Positions 32,136 to 42,011 of a DNA stretch of 64,000 nucleotides are shown here, piece after piece. The notes below the pieces were generated by a model. The model saw only the letters and a list, made by a program, of their open reading frames with translations, did no database searches and was not told the origin of the DNA. The first letter of the stretch is position 1. Each line of letters begins with the position of its first letter. The stretch is from an uncultured Gammaproteobacteria bacterium (GTDB lineage Bacteria > Pseudomonadota > Gammaproteobacteria > CAWCPV01): NCBI GenBank assembly GCA_963797555.1, contig CAWCPV010000003.1, forward strand, positions 320,001-384,000, in the 5' to 3' direction. Both the position numbers and the translations under genes were made by a program.

Positions 32136-33193
32136 ATGCCAGAACCACGATTGACGAGACCGTTGCCGTTTTCCAGAGCCGATATTACGAGCGCGCTGGC
32201 TGATCTCCTTCTCCTTCGAGCCGGGCATGCGCTGCCGGACATCAACCCTGTCGCGGAGGCGCTGGCTGACGGATCGTGTACGCTGCTGGACGTTGCGGCT
32301 GCATCTGAGCGGGCGTTGGCTCCGGGCGCACCGTCACCGAGTCTGCCCGCCAGCTAACCACCTCCGACTTCGGCGAGGCGCTTGGCTGTCGCGTTGTCGC
32401 GGGTTTCCGCGATCAGTTACGGCAAACAGTCATCAGAGCATGGCGTGATTTGCCGGGACATTACAGCTCGGAACCTTCAGCCGATCAGTTTTCCCGAATT
32501 GGATCTGGGCGAGCTGACGTTCGTTCCGAAGAGCGGAGGGCCGATTGATATTTGCTCCAATTCTCGCCAGCGCGGGAGTTACCGGGGAGCCGCAGGTATT
32601 CGGAGCGCGTTTTCTGGTCTTCGCGCCAACTGTTGATCAACGATGATGCCGGTCTGATGACTTCGGCGACCGAGCAGTTGTCTGGACATGCGGCGCAGAA
32701 TGGAAGCGGCGCATGATTTCCGCTGTCATCGCAAGCGAATGCGAATTTGGCCGATGGCGCACCGCTGATCGGCGCGGGCAATACGGTATCGGGTGGAGTC
32801 GCCACGGTAACGGGTTTGGGTAATGCGGCTGCGAAGCTGCGGACGAACTGACGGGCGTCGGGAACGTCGGCAACGTATCAAGCCCTGCGTTTTGGATGGT
32901 CCCGGAGATTCCGAGATCGCAGCGGAGGCCACCGTGGCGAGTTTGTATGCTGGCGTTCCGGGCATTCAAGTTATTTGTAACCCGTGGCTGCCCAGCGGTG
33001 CATCCTACGTATTTGGAAGATCCGGCTGTGGCTCCGGTCATCGCTAGAATGGCGCTTGAACTTCCCGAATACTCCGAGCGTTTCCAGAGTTCGGACGCCA
33101 TTGGCATTATGATGGGCAGGCATTCCGATTCGAGTTCATTGTCGGGATTCAGGCCATTGGCCGAAGCTGGTATTTGCAAGGCGACTGGCATGA
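32136..33193 (+). pseudogene. Major capsid protein homologous to 10942-12012, multiple frameshifts
   Basis: RLTRPLPFSRADI..ALAD.L.LRAG matches E1; LLINDDAG and SGHAA segments. Confidence 0.75.
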
Positions 33194-33728
33194 GCCGTGA
33201 AACCATTGACCCGCACCCAAACCCGAGCCGCCGCGCGTTCATTCCAGCGCCAGTTCTGGGATTTGCCGCAAATGCGCCATTGCGGTTGCGGCCGAGCTTC
33301 GCGACTGCAGAGGCCGGTACTCCAGCTGATTGCCGTTTGCGGCTCTGGCGCGAGCCCACGGGACTTCTCGCGATGATGACCGGCGATGGGCTGCTGTTTG
33401 TGCAGCCGCTGGACGTGACCGAGTTACCCGTGGACGCGACGTTCTGCCCAGCACCGCAGGCCCTGCAGTGAGCCGCTACGTTGTCATGTGCCGCCTGGGT
33501 GGAGACCGCCTCCAATTCGTACGCGCGTGCCTCACCGAGGTCGAGGCCCGCACGTGGGCGTCGGAGTCGCCGGACCTGTTCGCTCTGCCGCGCGAGCGCG
33601 CACTGGCGCTCTGGCTGTCCGCGACGCAGAGGCACGACACCGGGGACCATCGGCCGCCGCTACTCGAAGCTTGCGCCGCCGCGCGCGGGCTCGACGTCAC
33701 CCGAGCGCGGATGCTCCTCTGCCCTTTC

Positions 33729-33758
33729 GCCCGGCCCTACCCTTGGCCGGGCTTTTTT
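33729..33758 (+). terminator. Rho-independent terminator of the capsid operon
   Basis: GCCCGGCC-N8-GGCCGGGC followed by T6. Confidence 0.8.
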
Positions 33759-33801
33759 CGGGCCGCCACTGCCATCCTTGCGGCACACCATTTTCCACAC
33801 A

Positions 33802-33999
33802 GTCTGGCCCGCGCGCGCGGGGAGCCACCGGCTGAATGGGACAACTTCACGCCGGCGTGAAGATCTCGGCCCGCGCGCGCGGGGAGCCACCATTGTCGGG
33901 ATGGCGCCGTCTGCGAATCCAACCCCGCGCGCGCGGCAGCCACCACTCCTCAGCCTGTGGAAAACGTTCCACAGGCTGGTCTGGCCCGCGCGCGCGGGG
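33802..33999 (-). CRISPR. Cas-less CRISPR-like mini-array, 4 repeats and 3 spacers (33, 25 and 34 nt)
   Basis: Repeat GTCTGGCCCGCGCGCGCGGGGAGCCACC at 33802, variants at ~33863 and 33917, partial at 33979. Confidence 0.7.
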
Positions 34000-34128
34000 T
34001 TTTTTGTGGGTGCCGGAGCATCGTAACAGCATCGTAATGAGCGTTACGGGCACAAACGGCCCGGTCCCTAGCACCGGCCTAGCACCCACCCCCACCGCAG
34101 ATTCCCGCACTCGCCGCAAACCCTTGTG

Positions 34129-34210
34129 TGCCCGGGGCCGGATTCGAACCGGCACGGCCGAAGCCAGAGGATTTTAAGTCCCCTGCGTCTACCCGTTCCG
34201 CCACCCGGGC
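34129..34210 (-). tRNA. tRNA-Leu(TAA), CCA not encoded
   Basis: GGGGA-CT-TAA-AA-TCCTC anticodon arm and long variable arm. Confidence 0.95.
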
Positions 34211-34253
34211 CAGTGGCGATTTTAGGGGCGGAGAATAGCCTAACGCAAAAAAA

Positions 34254-35728
34254 AGCTCTTTCCGGAATCGTGTGGGTAGCAATGCCTATGGCGCGGGGGC
34301 ATCTGCCTGATCTCTGACACCAGGGGGTGTGTTGAACGGCGAGGCGGGCAGGTGGGCGAGATTGCCGGCGATGAGGTAGGCGATGGTGATGAGCGAGTGC
34401 GTGGTGCGGTAGCCCCGGGCGCGAGCCTTGGCGGCCTGGATGAGGGAGTTGATGCCCTCGGCGCGGCCGTTGGTGAGGCCCGAGTGGAATGCGGCGAGGA
34501 TGCCGTTCCAGTGCTCTTTCAGGGTAGTGGCGAGGCGCTTCATGGGCTGCAGGCGGCTAAAACGCCGTGCCCAGCTATACCAGCGCCCGAGGGCGCTCTC
34601 GGCCTGCTCGAGGGTGCTGGCCGTGGCGTAGATATCGCGCAGCGCCTCCTTGAGGCGCCAGGCACGGGCGGTCTTGAGGCGGGCGCGGGAGAGCCAGTGG
34701 AAGTCGGTGAGCTGGTCCAAGGTCCAGTCGTGGGCGTCTTTGAGCCAGGTCCAGCGGGTGCCCCTGAGGGCGGGCTCGGTCTTGATCTCCTCGCGGCGCA
34801 CCGCGTCGACCGCCTCGTTGGCGAGCTTGATGACATGGAAGGCATCGAAGCTCACCGTGGCTTTAGGCAGATGCTTGGTCACCCCGGCGAGATAAGCGGC
34901 GGACAGGTCGATGCACACCTGCTCGATGGCCTGCGGGTCGCCGCCGTGCGCCTGGAGGTCGGCGGCGAAGGCCGCCACGGTGCTCTGGTCGCGGCCCTCG
35001 CAGGCGAACAGCAGGCGTTTTCCCGTGAGGTCATGGAACAGGCTGATGTAGTGCTGTCCACGCCGGGCGGCGGTCTCGTCCAGGCCCACAGCGCTCACCT
35101 GCGAGTGGTCCTCCTGAGCGCGGGCCCTGCCTACGTAGTGATCGAGCACCCCCCACAGGCGCTCATCGCCCACACCCAGGTGCCGAGCCACGGTCGCCAC
35201 CGGCATGGCCTGGCACAGCGTGACCACCAGCGCCTCCATCAGCGCCGTGAAGCCACTGTGGGCGCGCGCCCACGGCGCTTCGACCTGGGTCGTCTTGCCG
35301 CAGGCCTCGCAGCGCACTCGCGGCAGATGCGCGTGCAGGTACGCCCGTGACTTAAAGAAGCTCAGGTGCTGCCAACTGCGCTCCCAGGTGTCGTGCACCG
35401 GCTGGCCTTGCACTCCGCAGGCCGGGCAGGCAAAGCGGCTGCCCTTGGCAAACGCCACATCGAGGTCGATGCGCCCAGCCTCGGGGTCGAACCGCACGTC
35501 GGTGACCTCCCAAGGCGCCGTCAGGCCCAGTGCCGTGGTAAACAGATGCGTGGGCTGCACGGTGCTCCCCCCTTGGATGACGGCCTGTGGATTTGTGGAC
35601 GAGTCCTGCGGAGCGGCCCCACGCGAGGGCCTCTCGCCCACCACCCCAACCACAAGATGCTGTGATAAGCGACCGGTCAGAACAGATGGTACTTGACTAC
35701 CACCACCCACACAATTGCCGAAAGAGCC
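34254..35728 (-). mobile_element. ISL3-family element with an apparently intact transposase (ORF 34286..35710, likely start ~35562)
   Basis: GCTCTTT TIRs, poly-A target, GLDETA, IDLSAAY, FDAFHV and TNGRAEGIN motifs. Confidence 0.92.
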
Positions 35729-35781
35729 AAAAAAAACCGGCGAGGCTCGCTAAGCGAGCGCCACTGAGGAGACGTATGATA

Positions 35782-35855
35782 TGGAGGCTGGGGCCGGAAT
35801 CGAACCGACGTCCACGGCTTTGCAGGCCGCTGCATAACCACTCTGCCACCCAGCC
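35782..35855 (-). tRNA. tRNA-Cys(GCA)
   Basis: Cloverleaf with GCA anticodon and CCA end. Confidence 0.97.
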
Positions 35856-35918
35856 GGATTGACCCCGTTGGGAGTCTAGAGTCTAGAGGTCGTCGCCTCG
35901 CAGCCTGACGATGGTGTT

Positions 35919-35994
<76 letters not shown>

Positions 35995-36039
35995 GGTAGA
36001 CGCCCTATTTTAGGGGGGTGTCGCGACCTGTCAAGAGGG

Positions 36040-36687
36040 TTACCAGTATTTCCCCTCCGGACGCGGGCCTCCCGCCTTCGCCCCCTGCGAGCCGGCTGCC
36101 GAGGCGTGCATCTCTGCAGCCACGGCACTCACACTGACGGACTGCCACGCGGTACGCATATACATGTACATGGACCACAGGGTCAGGGCCACCGCCAGGT
36201 ACAGCAGAAGGAAACCAGCAGCGCGGGTCGGCAATTGGCCTACGGGCTCTCGATACAGAAGCAGCGAGATAGCGATCATCTGCATCATCGTTTTCACCTT
36301 TGCCACGACGGACACCGCGACGTGCGCGCGTTTACCGATCTCCGCCATCCACTCTCGCAGCGCGGAGACGACAATCTCGCGCCCGACGATGACCGCCGCT
36401 GGAACCGCCAGGAGAGGCGTGGGATCCGCCTGGACGAGGAGGACCAGGGCGATGGCCACGATCAGCTTGTCCGCCACCGGGTCGAGGAACGCCCCGAAGG
36501 CCGATGCCTGCCCCATGCGCCGCGCCAGCAGCCCGTCGAGCCAATCCGTGACCGCGGCCAGCACGAACACCACGACGGTCGCCTCGTTGGACCAGCCGAA
36601 AGGGAGGTAGAACAGGAGCACGAAGACCGGGACGAGGCCGATGCGCAGGAACGTCAGGACGTTGGGCAGATTGAGCCTAATGTCCAT
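36040..36687 (-). CDS. pgsA: Phosphatidylglycerophosphate synthase
   Basis: NLPNVLT and DWLDGLLARR...GAFLDPVADK; uvrC-pgsA-tRNA synteny. Confidence 0.95.
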   Translation of the reverse strand: MDIRLNLPNVLTFLRIGLVPVFVLLFYLPFGWSNEATVVVFVLAAVTDWLDGLLARRMGQASAFGAFLDPVADKLIVAIALVLLVQADPTPLLAVPAAVIVGREIVVSALREWMAEIGKRAHVAVSVVAKVKTMMQMIAISLLLYREPVGQLPTRAAGFLLLYLAVALTLWSMYMYMRTAWQSVSVSAVAAEMHASAAGSQGAKAGGPRPEGKYW

Positions 36688-38500
36688 GAAATGAATCGTA
36701 GATGCGACGGGCCAGATGCTCGCTGATGCCGGGCACGTTCGCCAAGTCCTCGATACCGGCGCGCGCGATCTCTTGGAGGCCTCCGAACTGCCGCAGCAAC
36801 CGCTGACGACGTTTCGGACCCAGGCCCGAAATGTCCTCCAAGGCGGAGGTGCGGCGCCCCTTGGCCCTGCGCTGCCGGTGCCCCGTAATGGCGAAACGGT
36901 GCGCCTCGTCCCTGATCTGCTGGATCAGGTGTAGGGCTGGGGAGTGACCGCCCAGACGCATCCCCGGCCCGCCTTCCGCCACGAACAGAGTCTCCAGTCC
37001 GGGCTTGCGCCCAGCTCCCTTAGCCACCGCCACCAGCGTTACGCCCGCGACCTGTAACTCTTCCAACACCTTCGCCGCCTGGCTCAGCTGGCCTTTGCCG
37101 CCGTCGATAAAAAGCACATCGGGCAGCTTTCCCTCGCCCCTCTTGAGTCGCGTGTAACGGCGCGTCAGGGCTTGGTACAGCGCGGCGTAGTCGTCGCCGG
37201 CCCCGACTCCCTCGATGTTGAACCGGCGGTAATCCGACTTCACCGGACCGTTGGCATCGAACACCACACAGGATGCCACCGTAGCTTCGCCTTGGATGTG
37301 GCTGACATCGAAGCATTCCAGACGCGTCGGGACCTGGTCGAGCCGAAGCGCCTCCTGCAGTCCGGTGAGGCGTTCGCGCAGGTTCGCCTTGCTGGTGAGG
37401 TGCTGCGTGAGCGCATGCTCCGTATTGGCCGTCGCCATCTGGAGCCACTGTCGGCGTTCACCGCGCGCTTTGTGGCGGATGCTGACACGGTGGCCGGTCT
37501 GCTCCGACAGGGCAGCTTCCAGCAGATCCAGCTCCTCGAGCGGCTGGCTGATGATGATCTCCGGGGGAACCTCCTTGCCGAGATAGTATTGAGGAAGGAA
37601 AGCGCTCAGCACGGACACCGCATCCGCGCCCTCCGGGCAGCGCGGAAAGAACATCCTGTCGCCCAGGTTGCGTCCGCCCCGGATATAGAAGACCTGGACG
37701 CAGGCCACACCCGCACCAACGGCGCTGGCGATGACATCTACCTCTCCACGCTCCGCGGCCACGTGCTGAGCATCCTGTATACGCCGCAGGCTGGAGATCT
37801 GATCGCGGTAGCGCGCCGCCCGCTCGAACCTCAACGCGGTGGAGGCGCCATCCATCCGGGCCGCCAATTCGTCCAGCACTTGCTGATTGCGTCCCTCGAG
37901 GAACCAGATCGCGTGGCGTACATCCTCTTGGTAAGTTGCCGCCTCCGCGTACCCGACGCAGGGCGCGGTACAACGGCCGATTTGATACTGCAGGCAAGGA
38001 CGGGTGCGATTGCGGAAGAAGCTGTCTTGGCACTGCCGAACCTGAAATAGCTTCTGCAGCAAGCCTAGCGTTTCACGCACCGCCCCCGCGTTGGGATAAG
38101 GCCCGAAGAAACGTCCCGGCAGGTTCTTGGCACCCCGATGGAAGCTGAGGCGGGGGAATTCGTGCTCGGACACATAGATATACGGATAGCTCTTATCGTC
38201 TCTGAGCAAAACATTATAACGCGGCCGCAACTCCTTGATCAGATTGTTCTCTAAGATCAGTGCCTCCTTCTCATTGGCGGTCACCGTGACCTGAAGATCG
38301 CGGATCTGGGTCAACAGCGCCGTGGTCTTAATCGCCAGGCCGCTGTTCCGGAAGTAGCTGGCGAGACGTTTCTTCAAGTCTCGGGCCTTGCCGACGTAGA
38401 GCACTTCCCCGCGTGCGCCGATCATCCGGTACACGCCGGGCCGGCCGGTTACGGTGCGGAGAAACGCCTTGGAATCGAACGCGGGCTTGTCGTACGGCAT
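36677..38500 (-). CDS. uvrC: Excinuclease ABC subunit C
   Basis: GIY-YIG (PGVYRM..LYVGKA), ECFDVSH, IDGGKGQ and RDEAHRFAI motifs. Confidence 0.98.
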   Translation of the reverse strand: MPYDKPAFDSKAFLRTVTGRPGVYRMIGARGEVLYVGKARDLKKRLASYFRNSGLAIKTTALLTQIRDLQVTVTANEKEALILENNLIKELRPRYNVLLRDDKSYPYIYVSEHEFPRLSFHRGAKNLPGRFFGPYPNAGAVRETLGLLQKLFQVRQCQDSFFRNRTRPCLQYQIGRCTAPCVGYAEAATYQEDVRHAIWFLEGRNQQVLDELAARMDGASTALRFERAARYRDQISSLRRIQDAQHVAAERGEVDVIASAVGAGVACVQVFYIRGGRNLGDRMFFPRCPEGADAVSVLSAFLPQYYLGKEVPPEIIISQPLEELDLLEAALSEQTGHRVSIRHKARGERRQWLQMATANTEHALTQHLTSKANLRERLTGLQEALRLDQVPTRLECFDVSHIQGEATVASCVVFDANGPVKSDYRRFNIEGVGAGDDYAALYQALTRRYTRLKRGEGKLPDVLFIDGGKGQLSQAAKVLEELQVAGVTLVAVAKGAGRKPGLETLFVAEGGPGMRLGGHSPALHLIQQIRDEAHRFAITGHRQRRAKGRRTSALEDISGLGPKRRQRLLRQFGGLQEIARAGIEDLANVPGISEHLARRIYDSFHGH

Positions 38501-38584
38501 CGCCAGGCAATGATACCCGTTCCGTCACACCGCCGCACGCCGCCCTGAGCGCCACGGGTGCGGGAGTGAAGTGTAGGTCGGGCA

Positions 38585-40096
38585 CTACGCGCGAATATCC
38601 AGCGGGTGCCCGGCACCGTCTTTCAGGTCTATGCGCGTGATACGGTGGCCGTTGGTGTCGGCCACCCAGAGGATATCGTTCTGCACGCTCAAGCCGCCGG
38701 GCTCCCGGAACCTCAGCTCCGTTCGCAGGGTAGAGACCTCCAGGGTGTCCAGAGAAAGGGCGCGCAATTTGTCGTTATAGGAGTCGGCGATCCAAAGGCA
38801 GCGGCGCGCGGCGTCGAACGCCACTCCTAGTGGGTGTTGCAGACGGGCCGCCCTCCCGATTCCATCGGCATCGCCGAACTCGAACAGCCCCCGCCCCACC
38901 AAAGTCGCGACCTCTTCGGTGACCAGACTCAGGGCACGGATCGCCGAGGTTTCCGAGTCCGCGATGTAGAGTGTGTCCCCTCCGATGGTTAGGCCCGAGG
39001 GTTGCGCCAGGGCCGCCGTTTGGCAGGGCCCGTCCAAGATATCCTCGATTCCAGATCCGGCGTAGGCACTCAGCAGGTGGCCCACCAGATCCAGCCTCCA
39101 TACTTGGTGCTGCCCGGCCATGGCGATGTACACAGCACCGTCGCGGTAAGCCACGTCCCAAGGGGAATTGAGGGCGGTGCGCAGCGGATCCCGCAACTCG
39201 GTCGTGCGCTGTCGTCCCTGCGCCCCGGTTCCCGCGCGCGTGGAGACCCGGCCGTTACGCAAGTCGATGCGCCGCACGGCGTGATTCCCCGTATCCGCCA
39301 CAAACAGGGCATCCTGCACCTGCACCAAGCCCTGCGGGTCGCGGAACGCAGACTGCTCAGCCATGCCGTCCTTCAATCCCGCCGCCCCCGACCCGAAACT
39401 GCGCCGAACCACGCCGGACACATCCAACTCCAGCACGCGATGGTGCCCGGTGTCGCTGACGTAGAGACACTCTTCCGTCGCCAGGATTTTTCCCGGGAAA
39501 CTGAGCAGCCCTGCATCGGCTTCGGGCCTGCCACCGACAGCGAGGGAATGGGGTCTCCTCAGGCCCTTGCGTTCGGCGACCAGCAGATTTCCCAGATGAG
39601 GTCGTCGAGCTTGGGCGCGCCGGGCCTCCCCGGAAGCACGCCGACCACGTATCCTTCCGGATCGATGAAGACGACCGACGGCCAAGCCCGTATCGCATAC
39701 TGCTGCCACAGCCGGAAGGCCGGGTCGTTGGCGACGGGATGCCGGATCCCGTACCGATTGATGGCCTTTTGCAGGTGGTCGGCGATTCGTTCGTGAGGAT
39801 ACTTTTGGGGAGTGGATCCCGATAACCGTGAGGTCAGCGGAATACTTCTCTTCTAGGTAACGCAGGTCCGGCAGGACGTGCAAGCAATTGATACACGAAT
39901 AGGTCCAGAAGTCGAGGAGCACCACTTTCCCGCGCTGGCCAGAGACGGTCAGCGGTTGAATGGTGTTGAACCACTCCAGATCGCCAGGCAACTCCGGCGC
40001 CCGCACACGCGCATCTCCCACCACCCTGCACCTCTCCCGCAGGACGCGCCCCCTGCTCTGCAGGCCGTCCTCACGTATCCAGGACCGGCCGGGCAT
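38585..40096 (-). CDS. Thioredoxin-like plus NHL-repeat protein (compensating frameshifts ~39600-39800)
   Basis: LLDFWTYSCINCLH; repeated DTGNH/P.GL NHL units. Confidence 0.85.
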   Translation of the reverse strand: MPGRSWIREDGLQSRGRVLRERCRVVGDARVRAPELPGDLEWFNTIQPLTVSGQRGKVVLLDFWTYSCINCLHVLPDLRYLEEKYSADLTVIGIHSPKVSSRTNRRPPAKGHQSVRDPASRRQRPGLPAVAAVCDTGLAVGRLHRSGRIRGRRASGEARRAQARRPHLGNLLVAERKGLRRPHSLAVGGRPEADAGLLSFPGKILATEECLYVSDTGHHRVLELDVSGVVRRSFGSGAAGLKDGMAEQSAFRDPQGLVQVQDALFVADTGNHAVRRIDLRNGRVSTRAGTGAQGRQRTTELRDPLRTALNSPWDVAYRDGAVYIAMAGQHQVWRLDLVGHLLSAYAGSGIEDILDGPCQTAALAQPSGLTIGGDTLYIADSETSAIRALSLVTEEVATLVGRGLFEFGDADGIGRAARLQHPLGVAFDAARRCLWIADSYNDKLRALSLDTLEVSTLRTELRFREPGGLSVQNDILWVADTNGHRITRIDLKDGAGHPLDIRA

Positions 40097-40234
40097 GACG
40101 GCCCGTCCCGGCCAGATCCAAGACGCAAGTCATTTCGCCTTGCGGTTGTGATGCGTGCCTACGTCATCGCGTCGCTGCGGCGAAAAGGCGTCCCGGAGAG
40201 CGCTCGGAAACGGTCCAATGGGACGCCTCCGCCA

Positions 40235-40612
40235 TTATCGCGATGCCTGCTTCGCCTGCTGCGTCGCCAGCTCTTTGTGCACCTGCGCCATGTCGAGCGC
40301 CTGCGCCTGAGCGATCAATTGCGCCAGCGCGGACGCCGGGAGAGCGCCTGGCTGGGCGTAGATGATGACCTGCTCGCGGAAAATCATCAGCGTTGGGATG
40401 GAACGGATTCCAAAGGTCGCGGCAAGCTCGGGCTCGTCTTCGGTATTCACCTTGGCGAAAACGATGTCGGTGTGTTTTTCCGATGCCTCGTGAAAGATCG
40501 GCGCAAAGGACCGGCAGGGACCGCACCACGGAGCCCAGAAGTCCACGATGACAAGGTCATTCTTGGTAACCACGTCCTGGAAGTGGTCCTTGGACAGGTT
40601 CGTTACACTCAT
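40235..40612 (-). CDS. Thioredoxin
   Basis: DFWAPWCGPC. Confidence 0.95.
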   Translation of the reverse strand: MSVTNLSKDHFQDVVTKNDLVIVDFWAPWCGPCRSFAPIFHEASEKHTDIVFAKVNTEDEPELAATFGIRSIPTLMIFREQVIIYAQPGALPASALAQLIAQAQALDMAQVHKELATQQAKQASR

Positions 40613-41255
40613 GCCATTGTCTCCTCTGCTGGACGTGGTGTCGGCAGTGCACATTGACCCGCCGCGGTCGGTCGAGCCGACGCCTCCTCACGGGAGTCGC
40701 ATGCCCAGCACCGTTCGACTCGAGACCGTCCTCGGCCTCCAGCCCCGGAGGCGGCGCTAAACCGACAAGACGGCGGATCGTCGCAACCCGCTTCGCCGCG
40801 GGCCGCTTCGTGGCCCCATCGAGCGATGGGGACGGTCACTCACGCACCTTCGGGCCCCGGGCGGGAATCTCCGGCACCGTCCGGAGGTCGGGGACCTCCA
40901 CATACCGCGGAGCGTCATCATCCCGAGGTCGCTTACCGCGAGTACTAGGCCACCAGTGGTTGGTCTGGGCGCGATGCGCCGTAGAGCGCTGTCCGACCAT
41001 ATCCGCCTTGTCGTTGCTAGCTCCGTGCCCTTTCTCTCGGGCCGCTCGAACGACGACTCGTTCACAGGCTCCGAGTGGTGAACTGCGTCGTGCGTTGCCG
41101 CACCGGCTCCCCAACAGGTACCGGCCGAGAATTAACGCAACATTATGCCCCATCGCGCCCTCACCCCGCCAGCTCACCGGTTGGACGCAGGCCGTGCTGA
41201 TGGCCCGCGGTGGGGGTTACAATGCTCCGACCCCGCTGTCCGGCCGGAGTCCTCG

Positions 41256-42011
41256 ATGCTCTCGAAGGCCACGTTTGGTGCCCTGGCATTTGCCGTTCTC
41301 GAGGTGGTAAGCATGGCCGCCCGCGCCAAGTGCGGCGATCCAGCCGCGCCGGGTGTCATTTGGAGTGCGTGCGACCTCAAAGGTGTCAATCTGCAGGGGG
41401 CGGACCTGCGCGCCTCCGTGCTGCGCAGCAGCAACCTCAAAGGAGCCAACCTCCAGGGCGCCCGCCTGGATGACGCGGACCTCAGCTTCGCCGATCTCTC
41501 CGGGGCACGTCTGGAGCGGGCAAACCTGAGACGCGCGCATCTGCTGGCTGCACAGCTCATGAGCGCGGACTTGGTCCGGGCCGACCTGCTCAGCGCGCGA
41601 CTGGAGCGGGCGCAGCTCCAACGCGCGAACCTCACCTCGGCGCGGCTGAATCAGGCGAACCTGTATGAGGCGAACCTCCGGGGAGCGACGCTGACTTCGG
41701 CGACGCTGCGCGGCTCGCTGCTGGAGCAGGCCGATCTGACCGCGGCGAACTTGGCGGGAGCCGACCTGCAAGAGGCGAAGCTGGGACGCGCCACCCTGGA
41801 CGACGCGGTGTTACGGCGGGCAAACCTGGAAAAGGCGAACCTTCAGGCAGCCGATCTGACGGGTGCCGACCTCACGGAGGCCAACCTAAGCAAAGCGGAC
41901 CTGGGCGGAGCCGACCTGTCCAACGCCGTGCTGGATGGGGCTCGCTTGGCTAACACCATCTGGACCGACCGCAGGCGCTGCAGACCGGACTCGGTAGGCG
42001 TTTGCGGCTAG
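41256..42011 (+). CDS. Exported pentapeptide-repeat protein
   Basis: Signal peptide; long A(D/N)LXX repeats. Confidence 0.95.
   Translation: MLSKATFGALAFAVLEVVSMAARAKCGDPAAPGVIWSACDLKGVNLQGADLRASVLRSSNLKGANLQGARLDDADLSFADLSGARLERANLRRAHLLAAQLMSADLVRADLLSARLERAQLQRANLTSARLNQANLYEANLRGATLTSATLRGSLLEQADLTAANLAGADLQEAKLGRATLDDAVLRRANLEKANLQAADLTGADLTEANLSKADLGGADLSNAVLDGARLANTIWTDRRRCRPDSVGVCG

Larger units (their letters stand above)
24695..34181 (+). mobile_element. E2: tRNA-Leu-integrated phage-satellite-like element (~9.5 kb), heavily frameshifted
   Basis: att repeats, integrase, AlpA, primase/helicase, TerS, MCP and mini-array. Confidence 0.88.

Noticed and set aside
33791-33964. DnaA-box-like TTTTCCACA/TGTGGAAAA near the E2 array, suggesting the array is an origin
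   Set aside because: No equivalent at the E1 array and better origin candidates sit by the helicase genes; kept only as an alternative
41380-41960. Periodic DNA repeats
   Set aside because: Explained by pentapeptide-repeat coding
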